Assembly (NCBI RefSeq): GCF_001194135.2 | Contig: NC_068994.1 | Coordinates: 43,741,119-43,804,520, forward strand | DNA length: 63,402 nucleotides | Origin: Octopus bimaculoides | Lineage: Eukaryota | Direction of reading: 5' to 3' | In this document: positions 1 through 10,588 of the stretch, in pieces | Position numbering within the stretch: the first letter of the stretch is position 1 | Layout: every line of letters begins with the position of its first letter | The notes under the pieces: model-generated | Databases searched by the model: none | Told to the model about the DNA's origin: nothing | What the model saw: the letters and a program-made list of their open reading frames with translations, nothing else | Translations under genes and position numbers: made by a program

Positions 1-23
1 ATATATATATATATATATATATA

Positions 24-150
24 CGTCAGGCTTCTTTCAGTTTCCATCTGCCAAATCCACTCATAAGGCTTTGCTTGGCATGAGGCTACTGTACAGTAGA
101 AGACACTTGCTGAATGTGCCACACAGTGGGACTGAACCCAGAACCATGTA
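24..150 (-). mobile_element. SINE family A (tRNA-head) 5' fragment
   Basis: Reverse complement of the head seen intact at 49267 (ggttcagtcccactgtgtggcac...gtggatttggcagatggaaactgaaagaagcc). Confidence 0.85.
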
Positions 151-255
151 TACATATATGCTATGTGTGTGTGTGTGTGTGTTTGTGTTTGTGTGNNNNN
201 NNNNNGAACCCAGAACCATGTATACATATATGCTATGTGTGTGTGTGTGTGTGTT

Positions 256-300
<45 letters not shown>

Positions 301-1275
301 ATAGACTATATATATATGGGTACATTTATATATCTATATGCATATATATATACATATATATATATAAAAAGTGAAAAATGCATATATATATATATATATG
401 TATAATTATATATAGCTATATATAAATATATATGTATATATGTATATCTGTACGTGTGTGTATATGATATCTAAGTTGATTTACAAATACATATAGTTTG
501 CTATAGATTTATATTCATTATTATGTTTATACTCACACACACCCATGCACACTCACACATACACATGCATGCACGCTTATACACACAGTCACACACAAAT
601 AGACATATATACCTACACACCTGATATATGACATGTACGATATGTAATGAAAATATCAATACAAAATATACAAAAACTGCCTGAATAAGAAAACAAAATT
701 AAAAGACAATTCTCAACTTAGTTTTGTACTGCTGATAAGAATATTTTACTTAATTAAATTTTCATAAAGTTTGATGTGAATAATTATGAGGAATTACAAT
801 GAATTAATATATCGGCTACAATGCAATTGACAAATATTTCTAATTAACTTCAAATAATAATGTTAATCGTCAATGACTAGTTATTCTATCTGGTATACAC
901 ACACATAGCTTCGATGAGCATACCCTCCACACATACATGTATAGATATAGAGTATGTATTTACATATATTACATACAACTATACAATATATAATATGTGT
1001 ATATAAATTTCATGTATATGTTCTACACACACACACACACATGTATATGTATATATCCATACATATAATTTTCTACTAGCCTCAGCTCATGACCTGTGGT
1101 CATACTGGGGCACCACAAGTTTAGGACGTTTAATGCAGATGATATATATATATCTGTATATATATATATGTGTGTATATGTATATATATATAAGTATATA
1201 TAGAGAGAGAGGGTGAGAGAGAAAGGGAGAGAGAGAGAGAGAGGGAGAGAGAGATACATATATTTCCTATACATA

Positions 1276-1320
<45 letters not shown>

Positions 1321-2094
1321 CTTTTCTTTACACTCCTCTTCATTTTCAATTATATATATACATACATTAATATATATATATTTGCATATATGTATATGTA
1401 TGTGTATATATATATATTATATATATATATGTATGTATATATATGTATATGTATATGAGAATGCATATATATATCTATTTATATTTACCCATATATTTAT
1501 AAACACACATACATATATGCATACATGCATAAATACACACATATACATACATACATACATACAATCATACATACATATATTCATTCATTCATTCATTCAT
1601 TCATTCATTCATTCATTCATTCATAAACACGTAAGAAAAGTATTCATTTAGGCTAAACATTAACAAAGTATACAAAGTTGAAAAATTTGTAAAAAAAAAA
1701 AAAAAAAACTCATCAAACTTAATTGAAACAGAAATATATATATGTCCAGTTTGTCCAAATTCTATAGAAAAATATTGAACGCCAAGTTTTGCCTTTCTAT
1801 TTTCTTTGTATTTTTACTGATAGCTTCCAGAGGCATATACTTGATTGATTTTTTTCTCCCACTTCTCTACAGATATATTTTTCTTAGCATGTTGAAATTT
1901 GGAGAAAAAAAAAGGAGAAGAAAATATGAAAAAAAAAAAANNNNNNNNNNNNNNNNNNNNNNNNNNNNNNNNNNNNNNNNNNNNNNNNNNNNNNNNNNNN
2001 NNNNNNNNNNNNNNNNNNNNNNNNNNNNNNNNNNNNNNNNNNNNNNNNNNNNNNNNNNNNNNNNNNNNNNNNNNNNNNNNNNNNNNNNNNNNNN

Positions 2095-2139
<45 letters not shown>

Positions 2140-2199
2140 TAAAAAGTACTTAACAAGTATGCTACATCCATGTTTTTCGCTCAATAAACACTTTAACAG

Positions 2200-2268
2200 C
2201 TCTGGGCCATAGCACTTACATGGAATGAGAAGGAAAAATTCCCCAAAAAACAACGACCACAAAACAAG
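2200..2268 (+). CDS. candidate internal exon (LWAIALTWNEKEKFPKKQRPQNK), phase 0/0
   Basis: Acceptor cactttaacag|, donor AACAAG|gtagac, open frame with a stop just past the donor; no homology recognised. Confidence 0.3.
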
Positions 2269-3654
2269 GTAGACTAGATAGATAGGTAGTTGGACTTGCG
2301 ACAGGCTTAAAATTGAAGCGAGCAAGGCACAACAGTATTAACATGCGTGAGAGCTGCTGAAACTGTTTTAGGAAGCAAAATATACCCTTATAGCTATACA
2401 TGCCTTAAAGCAGGATAAAAAAGTATAGGCAAAATTTCCTGAGAATATATGACAGTAATTTGTTATTAACCCTTTCATTTCAGGAGAAAATTGTGTAAAA
2501 TAACTTAAGGCACTTTTTTATAGTTGTTTTCTGTTGTTTCAATTTGTTTGTTGTTTGTTCTTGTAATTATAATTTTTTATTTTCTTTTACACAATTCTAG
2601 TTTCTTTTAAATAGTTTACATAAGAAAATAGTATTTAATTTTGAATACATACCTTGGTAATTTTTTACTGTGTTTTTACTTTAAAAGAATTTCAGTACAC
2701 ATCTTGAAACTGTCTTTCTATACCTTCAGTGATCTTTGTAGTAAAGTGCCAAACTATTAAAAGAAAAAAACAGCTTCCTTGAATAGCTGTATCTGTAATC
2801 CATGTCTCCCAGTGAAGTCTGCTCTAACTACTGCTACAGCATCATGTTATATTGATAGATATATCTGAAGTGTGAGTAAGTGCAACCGTTGATAAATATC
2901 TGTGGTCTATATAAGTACTAGCATTTGTCTATGTGTCTGTGTGTCTGTAAGCGCACATGTGCCGGTGTGTAAATGTGTAGTATGTGTACATGAATGTGCT
3001 TTCGTGTTCGTGTGTATGAGTGCGTGTAAGCACCTGTGAGCTAGTGTGTATATGTCTGCCTGCCTGCCTGCCTGCCTGTCATCTGTGCATGTCTCTATAC
3101 TAGCTCAATCGTCATGTATATGTGCCTGTGTGTCTGTGTGTATGTTTTCTATGTGTGCATGTGTGAATAGAGTGAGAATATTGACTCCAGCATGAGTTTG
3201 GTCAGCAAGGAATCAGAAAAATCTTTTCAGTTCTTTTAGTAAAGCAATTCAATACATATACTTCCATAAATACATACACGCATAAGCGTTACAGACAAAA
3301 GCTGTTCAATGGGTACATACACATACATACTTATTATACGTGGAAAGAATTCAATAACATCTGTGCCAAACTTCATTATTTCACTAAAGATGAATGGTAT
3401 TTTTCAAGAAATTCTTCTTTAAACTCACTTTCTTTCCTAAAAGTTGTCTTAGCTCTCAGGTGGTGGTAGTTGCAGAGTTAGAGTTGGTGATGGTGGTGAC
3501 GTTAGAGGAGGTTCAGATGTATTTCCTGATAAAAATTTATATCTTCCAATAATTTAAAAATTTACTTCGAATAAAGAAATTTTGATTTAATGAATAAAGA
3601 CTGCAAAATGAGAAAATTAGACCCTGACAAGTTATATCAAAGTAAATTTTCCAG

Positions 3655-3782
3655 GCACTTATCATTCAATCTAGACAATTTCCAATGGGAGAAGAGGCAT
3701 CTGATATTGTCACTTATAAAATACAGAAAATTAATGAAAACATGTTGTTGTTGGAATCTTTTCTTTTTTTTTTTCTGAAAAA
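3655..3782 (+). CDS. candidate internal exon (ALIIQSRQFPMGEEASDIVTYKIQKINEN...), 3' end uncertain
   Basis: Acceptor aaattttccag|, phase 0 start compatible with 2200-2268; donor ambiguous (weak gttgtt sites near 3744 or gtatat at 3783). Confidence 0.25.
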
Positions 3783-3789
3783 GTATATA

Positions 3790-4090
3790 TTTTTTTATTT
3801 CATTATTTTATCATCATTATCAATATGATAATCACAATTGTTATAGATATTATTTCCAAAATTATTCCTATTCCCACTATTATTATATTCACATATTATC
3901 CTTGCTATTATTTTAATAACAATAATAACAATAAAAAGAATAACAACAACAACAATAACAATTATTTATTATTATTATTATTGTTGTTGTTGTTGTTATT
4001 ATTATGGTGATGATGAAAATGATGATGTCGATGATGATGATGATGATCATCATCATCATTATATTTATTATTATTATTATTATTATTATC

Positions 4091-4147
<57 letters not shown>

Positions 4148-4276
4148 ATTTTATATAACTATTCCACCACCACAATATGCACATATAGATTATAACTTGT
4201 CTTTGTAATATTCCCTTCATCCAGTGCCCCTTGTGGCAAATAAAAGAAATCATCATAATCGTTATTATATATATTG

Positions 4277-4311
<35 letters not shown>

Positions 4312-5580
4312 GGAGAATGATAATAATAATAATAATATATTATTATTATTATTATTGCTGTTGTTGCTGTTGTATATACTNNNNNNNNNNNNNNNNNNNN
4401 NNNNNNNNNNNNNNNNNNNNNNNNNNNNNNNNNNNNNNNNNNNNNNNNNNNNNNNNNNNNNNNNNNNNNNNNNNNNNNNNNNNNNNNNNNNNNNNNNNNN
4501 NNNNNCACCACTACCACCACCACCACCACTACCACCACCACACACCCACTTCTTGAATCTTATTCTAATTCTCTCCAGCACCATTATTACAAACATTAGG
4601 CATAACCTGCTACCCTCAACCCCTATGCCATTACCTACTCTTACAACCACCCTAACACTACCACCACCAACAACAACAACAACAGCACCACAATATACTG
4701 AAATATAATCAAGACAGCTATCCTTCTGCCATGCCTGCTCCCACCAACACCTTCAAATTATATCAATGTTCACTTTAACACTGTCATCATCATCATTATC
4801 ATCATTATCATCATCTTCATCATCATCATCATCATCATTATCATCATTATTAGTAGAGGCAGCAGCGGCAGCAGCAGCAGCATCGCCACCAATTACACCG
4901 ACAACAACATCAACATCAACATCAGCATCAGCATCAGCATCAGCAATATTACACCATCTCCACTATGTCGCTATGCTATAATCATCCTACATAATAAATA
5001 ATATAACTACATCGTACGTATTAGAATCAGGAGTAATTTAGACAACTGGCATCAACACCATCACCACCACTGCCACGTACACCAACATAACCACCACCAC
5101 CATCACAACCCACTATCATCACCACTACCACTATCACAATGGCCACCACCACTGCCACCATCACAACTACCACCATCACCATCACCCCATCATAAGCACC
5201 ATCATCACCACCACTACCATCAGAAGCACCACTATCACCAACACCATCACCATCACAAGCACCATCACCACCACCACTACCATCATAAGCACAATCACTA
5301 TCATTACCATCACATGTATCGCAAACCCTATCTCCCTCATCACCAAGATCACTAGATCATGACCATGACTACCATGACCACCACCACTGCAAGTGCTAAC
5401 TTCACCCTAGCTACCATTATTACTTCCACAATTTCTGCAGCCCCTCTGTTGCACTCACCTCTAACTATTGCTATCAATATATTTTTTACCCACTGGCAAT
5501 GTCTGCCTGTTATTAAAACTGTCACAATTATCTCACAACCATTAACCCTGTCTTTGCTACCACCACCACCCTGTATGTAG
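3790..5580. repeat. compound trinucleotide low-complexity tract ((ATT)n,(AAT)n,(CAT)n,(CAC)n,(CAG)n)
   Basis: Directly visible; explains the poly-N/I/T/S/H ORFs. Confidence 0.9.
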
Positions 5581-5619
5581 TGGTGGCCACGTGGATTGAG
5601 TTATGGTGTGGGTAGTGGA

Positions 5620-5925
5620 GATAATAGCGATTTCTAGCATAGGTTGTGATTGAGAAGCTTGCTTCCCAACCACATGGTTCTGGACTCAGTCCCACGACAT
5701 GGCACCCAGGGTGAGTCTCTTTTGCTATAGACTCAAGTTAACAAAAGTCTAGCGTGTGGATTTGGTAGAGAGAAATTGAAAAAAAAAACTAGGTGTGTGT
5801 GTGTGTGAGTGTGTATGTGTGCATGTTTGTGTTTCCTAATCTTGACATCATGTGGTTGCTGTAAATGAGTGTCGCTGTCTTACAAACAATGCCATTCATT
5901 TCCAATATTCTGTTATAAAAATATA
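5620..5925 (+). mobile_element. SINE family A-related diverged copy
   Basis: agcttgcttcccaaccacatggttc...gtggatttggtagagagaaattgaa head followed by (GT)n. Confidence 0.75.
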
Positions 5926-5933
5926 AAATTATT

Positions 5934-6176
5934 TTTTGTTGTCTGGAGAGAGTCATATTGTCTTAATGCCTTATTATCTAACACACTCACCAGTTCGATT
6001 TCCACTCATTTATTATTTATATTTTTTCTTCCAAAATTTTCATTGCTTTCAATGGATAAAAGCAACCAAAAGTTTGGAAGAAAAAGTATGAATAATAAAT
6101 GAGTGGAAATCGAAACGGTGAGTATGTTAGATAATGAGGCATTAAGACAATATGATTCTCCCCAGACACAACAAAA
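5934..6176. mobile_element. fold-back palindrome / MITE-like element, about 243 bp
   Basis: Arms ttttgttgtctggagagagtcatattgtcttaatgcc... and ...ggcattaagacaatatgattctccccagacacaacaaaa pair over about 115 nt around a loop at about 6050-6058. Confidence 0.8.
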
Positions 6177-6344
6177 TTTGCTTCAGCACATGAATTCACA
6201 TAAAGAATCTTGCAAACAAGATACAAAAACGAAGTAAAATAATTTTTTTTAATAAATAAGTAACATCACATTATCTTGGAAATGAATTCCAAGATATTCA
6301 TGTTCTTTATCCATGTAATTAATAAGTAATTTGGTGTCTTGTAG

Positions 6345-6392
6345 GAACATCTGACATTCTAAGTAAATTGAGGATTCATATCTTCAAGGCAG
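6345..6392 (+). CDS. candidate internal exon (TSDILSKLRIHIFKA), phase 1/1
   Basis: Acceptor ggtgtcttgtag|, donor GGCAG|gttagc, only one open frame. Confidence 0.25.
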
Positions 6393-6586
6393 GTTAGCCC
6401 TTGTTCTGCTGGTGCCTAATTGAAACCTTTTGCACATTTGAACTATATTCTCATTGAAGCCAAGATATGGTCCTGTGGAGACTACATGTAACCAGTACCA
6501 AAAAGAAGACACAAGAAAAAAAATGAAATGCAACTAAATAAACAATTTTATCTTTTGCATTTGTCTCATGCAATTACTGTTGCTGG

Positions 6587-6740
6587 CACTGACATGGCTG
6601 TGTGGTTAAGAAACTTGCTTTGCAATCCAAGGTTTCAGGTTCAGTTCCACTGTATGGCACTTTGGAAGAGTATTTTCTACAACCGAGCTGACTAATGCCT
6701 TGTGAATGCAATTGGTAGGCAGAAACTGTGTGGGGACCTG

Positions 6741-6742
<2 letters not shown>
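6587..6742 (+). mobile_element. SINE family A head, diverged
   Basis: atggctgtgtggttaagaaacttgc...ggttcagttccactg...gccttgtgaatgcaattggtaggcagaaactg. Confidence 0.75.
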
Positions 6743-6784
<42 letters not shown>

Positions 6785-6786
<2 letters not shown>

Positions 6787-6950
6787 AGAATTCACAAAAA
6801 AACAAAAGACGAAGACAGGTGGTGTAGACAACAAATAGATGCATTAGTATAACGTTCGGGAAGTGAAAATGTCTTTAATGTTTCAAGCCTACGCTCTTCC
6901 ACAGAAAGAAACAAGGAGAGAAAAAAAAGAATGTGTAGTGGCTAGCGATA
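6785..6950 (-). mobile_element. small interspersed repeat carrying a variant hammerhead (second copy about 24650-24810)
   Basis: Shares caacaaa(t/c)agatg(c/t)attagt(a/t)taacg...ctctt...acagaaag...tagtggctagc with 24650-24810. Confidence 0.7.
6872..6909 (-). ncRNA. minimal type-I hammerhead motif, non-canonical core CUGUGGA (A6U)
   Basis: Minus strand: UCUUU-CUGUGGA-A-GAGC(GUAG)GCUU-GAAA-CA-UU/AAAGA; stem I 5 bp, stem II 4 bp, stem III ACAU (ACGU in the second copy). Confidence 0.6.
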
Positions 6951-7098
6951 CAAGTACATATACATGTGTATATATATAAGTACATAGTCCACAGATGAGA
7001 TGGGGGTATTCTCAGTATAGAAGGCACTTAGTAGTGCTCAAAAGATTCATGATTCCACAAGGTAAACAAAAGTTCTAAAAGGGATCAGGCTGAGCACG

Positions 7099-7247
7099 TA
7101 TAGAGGCAATTATGGAGATGAGCAAATTAGGTGCACCAAATATATTAAATGCATTAAGTACATCAAATACAAAACGTATTTGATGTACTTAATATATTTA
7201 ATATATTGGATGTGCCTAATTTTCTCATCCCCATAATTGCTTCTATA
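7099..7247. mobile_element. fold-back palindrome / MITE with possible TA target duplication
   Basis: About 70-nt arms (tagaggcaattatggagatgag.../...ctcatccccataattgcttcta), loop aaaac 7171-7175, TA at both ends. Confidence 0.8.
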
Positions 7248-7329
7248 TATAAGTACATATATATGTGTATGTGTGTGTGTGTGTATATATATATATAGAT
7301 ACACATATACACGCGCACATGTATGTGTG

Positions 7330-7520
7330 TGTGTATATATATGTGTCTTTGTGTTTGTCCTCCACCACCACTTGACAACTCGTGTGATTTTATTTATGTA
7401 CCCAATAACTTAACAGTTCAGCAGAAGAGACTGGCCAAATAAGTACCAGATTTAGAAAAAAGTAAGAGGATCAATTTGTTTGAGTAAACCCTTCAACATG
7501 GTGTACATTTAAAACACAAG
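7330..7520 (+). mobile_element. SINE family A 3' part
   Basis: gtgtttgtcctccaccaccacttgacaac...taacttaacagttcagcagaagagact...aagtacc. Confidence 0.75.
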
Positions 7521-7547
7521 AGAAGTATATATATATATATATAATAT

Positions 7548-7874
7548 ATAGTTTTAGGGAAAATAACCAATTTTCAAGAACTCATCGATGAAAATCCACT
7601 ATCACATATAGAAAAATTAATAATTAAAAGCACAATAATTGAGTATAATATAAAGTAAATTAAATATCATAAGATAAATATAATAAAAAGATTACACGTG
7701 TTTCATAACCAATTTTCAAATAGAAAAGAAATTTAAATCGATTAAAATCAATTGAAATTATCGAAAATAAATTCTATTCAAAAATATAGCTACTCGGCAG
7801 ATCGTAAGTAGAACAATAATTAGATATATATCTCAACCAACAATAAGTACCAAATGAATTAATATGAAATACTT
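7548..7874 (-). mobile_element. Penelope-like terminal-repeat (pLTR-like) fragment next to (TA)n
   Basis: Contains the hammerhead at 7690-7803 and a 62-nt terminal module 61/62 identical to 63341-63402 (opposite strand). Confidence 0.55.
7690..7803 (-). ncRNA. type-I hammerhead motif with long stem II, core CUGCCGA (A6C)
   Basis: Minus strand: GAU-CUGCCGA-[GUAGCUA-U-AUUUUUGAAUAGAA...UUCUAUUUGAAAAU-UGGUUAU]-GAAA-CACGUG-UA/AUC; stem III palindrome ACACGUGU; predicted cut 7693|7692. Confidence 0.7.
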
Positions 7875-8386
7875 NNNNNNNNNNNNNNNNNNNNNNNNNN
7901 NNNNNNNNNNNNNNNNNNNNNNNNNNNNNNNNNNNNNNNNNNNNNNNNNNNNNNNNNNNNNNNNNNNNNNNNNNNNNNNNNNNNNNNNNNNNNNNNNNNN
8001 NNNNNNNNNNNNNNNNNNNNNNNNNNNNNNNNNNNNNNNNNNNNNNNNNNNNNNNNNNNNNNNNNNNNNNNNNNNNNNNNNNNNNNNNNNNNNNNNNNNN
8101 NNNNNNNNNNNNNNNNNNNNNNNNNNNNNNNNNNNNNNNNNNNNNNNNNNNNNNNNNNNNNNNNNNNNNNNNNNNNNNNNNNNNNNNNNNNNNNNNNNNN
8201 NNNNNNNNNNNNNNNNNNNNNNNNNNNNNNNNNNNNNNNNNNNNNNNNNNNNNNNNNNNNNNNNNNNNNNNNNNNNNNNNNNNNNNNNNNNNNNNNNNNN
8301 NNNNNNNNNNNNNNNNNNNNNNNNNNNNNNNNNNNNNNNNNNNNNNTATATATATAAATATATATATATATATATACACATGGAGG

Positions 8387-8424
<38 letters not shown>

Positions 8425-8590
8425 GGAGGTTATGAGCGGTAAGGGTGTCAATGAGACCCCGAGGTGTCAGCTAATGCTGAGTAAGTGCTATGGATAGGCC
8501 ATAGTTATGCTCCAGGTTCGGTGATTATGCGAATAAGGGGTCCAACGTATCTTATCTAAATTAACTATTGCTTAACCATCTTCTCACACC

Positions 8591-8638
8591 GACTCCAATG
8601 AAGGGATATAATAAATATCTTGGAAATAGCTGTAAGAC
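8591..8638 (+). ncRNA. degenerate hammerhead-like motif (probably inactive)
   Basis: gact-CCAAUGA-A-GGGAUAU(aauaa)AUAUCUU-g-GAAA-UAGCUG-UA/agac; U4 and G5 changed; near-palindromic stem III. Confidence 0.4.
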
Positions 8639-8778
8639 CTTCAATTTATAAATGTTCTAAAATCTACACAGCCTTGGTTTTTTTTATCCCATTACAAAAA
8701 GCAAATATATATATATATATGTATATATTTACACACACACACACACACACACACATGCACACACACACACACACACAT

Positions 8779-8816
<38 letters not shown>

Positions 8817-8844
8817 TTATTATTGTCAAACAGGAATAGCATTG

Positions 8845-8889
8845 ACAGTGACTTTGAAGTTTTGACCAGCTAAGCCATCATCAGACTGT
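8845..8889 (-). ncRNA. minimal hammerhead motif with G12A lesion
   Basis: Minus strand: ACAGU-CUGAUGA-UGGCUUAGCUGGUC-AAAA-CUUCAAAG-UC/ACUGU; 5-bp stem I; homologous to 51128-51174. Confidence 0.6.
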
Positions 8890-8919
8890 TGTGAGTGCTT
8901 ATGTATATACATGTGTGTG

Positions 8920-9150
8920 TGTGTCTGTGTGTATTTTTCTGCCTGTGTTTGTCTCTCACCATCACTTGACAATCAGTGTCTGTGTGTTTACATCTCTGTA
9001 GTTTGAGATAAATCAGTAAGACATACCAACAGAATAAATACCAGACTTAAAAAATTAAGTACTGAGGTCAATTCATTTGACTAAAGATCTTCAAAATAGT
9101 ACTCCAGCATGGCCACAGCCCAACAACCGAAAGAAGTCGAAAATAAAAGA
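8920..9150 (+). mobile_element. SINE family A 3' part
   Basis: ccatcacttgacaatcagtgtctgtgtgtttacat...ctccagcatggccacagccc...aagtcgaaaataaaaga. Confidence 0.75.
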
Positions 9151-9287
9151 TGACTAAATTTATGATGAGTGAACTTACGATGGTCATTTTACGACCAAGC
9201 AAAACAACATCTGATTCCATCTCAGTTATGAGATCTAGAGAAGGAAGAGAATCTTTAAGAACGGTGATAAAATATGGCAATTTCCAG

Positions 9288-9347
9288 GGAACAAGGACAA
9301 TGCAAAAATGCGTTGTTGGACATTAGATTGTGGTTGATGGTGTGCTG
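9288..9347 (+). CDS. candidate internal exon (EQGQCKNALLDIRLWLMVC), phase 2/2
   Basis: Acceptor ggcaatttccag|, donor GCTG|gtaaaa; frame closed upstream; competes with other possible exons nearby. Confidence 0.25.
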
Positions 9348-9654
9348 GTAAAAAAAAAAAAAAAATAGATGGTGGGAGAGCAAAGGCCAGAGAAATTGGG
9401 AATGTGAGACATAATAATAATGAAAAAAAAGAAACAAAAAAAAAAGATAGAAGAAAAGAAAAAAAGAATTGGTATGAAAGGGAGAATGAAAGCATGAAAA
9501 AGATAAATTGAGTGAGAGAGATAAGTTGATAGAGGAGATGTGAAGGCAATATTGGGTAAGTGCAGGGTGGGTGGGTAAGAGGCAAAAACAAATCAGGAAA
9601 AAAAAAAGTAAAAGGGACTCACACCAAAGAAAGGAATCAATATAGAAGTATATG

Positions 9655-9707
<53 letters not shown>

Positions 9708-10588
9708 NNNNNNNNNNNNNNNNNNNNNNNNNNNNNNNNNNNNNNNNNNNNNNNNNNNNNNNNNNNNNNNNNNNNNNNNNNNNNNNNNNNNNNNNNNNNN
9801 NNNNNNNNNNNNNNNNNNNNNNNNNNNNNNNNNNNNNNNNNNNNNNNNNNNNNNNNNNNNNNNNNNNNNNNNNNNNNNNNNNNNNNNNNNNNNNNNNNNN
9901 NNNNNNNNNNNNNNNNNNNNNNNNNNNNNNNNNNNNNNNNNNNNNNNNNNNNNNNNNNNNNNNNNNNNNNNNNNNNNNNNNNNNNNNNNNNNNNNNNNNN
10001 NNNNNNNNNNNNNNNNNNNNNNNNNNNNNNNNNNNNNNNNNNNNNNNNNNNNNNNNNNNNNNNNNNNNNNNNNNNNNNNNNNNNNNNNNNNNNNNNNNNN
10101 NNNNNNNNNNNNNNNNNNNNNNNNNNNNNNNNNNNNNNNNNNNNNNNNNNNNNNNNNNNNNNNNNNNNNNNNNNNNNNNNNNNNNNNNNNNNNNNNNNNN
10201 NNNNNNNNNNNNNNNNNNNNNNNNNNNNNNNNNNNNNNNNNNNNNNNNNNNNNNNNNNNNNNNNNNNNNNNNNNNNNNNNNNNNNNNNNNNNNNNNNNNN
10301 NNNNNNNNNNNNNNNNNNNNNNNNNNNNNNNNNNNNNNNNNNNNNNNNNNNNNNNNNNNNNNNNNNNNNNNNNNNNNNNNNNNNNNNNNNNNNNNNNNNN
10401 NNNNNNNNNNNNNNNNNNNNNNNNNNNNNNNNNNNNNNNNNNNNNNNNNNNNNNNNNNNNNNNNNNNNNNNNNNNNNNNNNNNNNNNNNNNNNNNNNNNN
10501 NNNNNNNNNNNNNNNNNNNNNNNNNNNNNNNNNNNNNNNNNNNNNNNNNNNNNNNNNNNNNNNNNNNNNNNNNNNNNNNNNNNNNNNN
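9708..10588. other. assembly gap (largest of about 20 N runs)
   Basis: N run; most gaps abut (TA)n or other simple repeats. Confidence 0.99.

Noticed and set aside
115-300. Direct duplication around a 10-N gap (similar case at 49561-49640)
   Set aside because: Identical sequence on both sides of a tiny gap indicates an unmerged contig overlap
3429-3525. Minus-strand exon-like segment with strong splice sites (NTSEPPLTSPPSPTLTLQLPPPES*)
   Set aside because: Stops in all three frames before the donor and no consistent partner exons; could be non-coding or chance
9179-9234. Minus-strand exon candidate (LITEMESDVVLLGRKMTI)
   Set aside because: Good sites but no coherent minus-strand chain, and it lies antisense within the better-supported plus-strand gene
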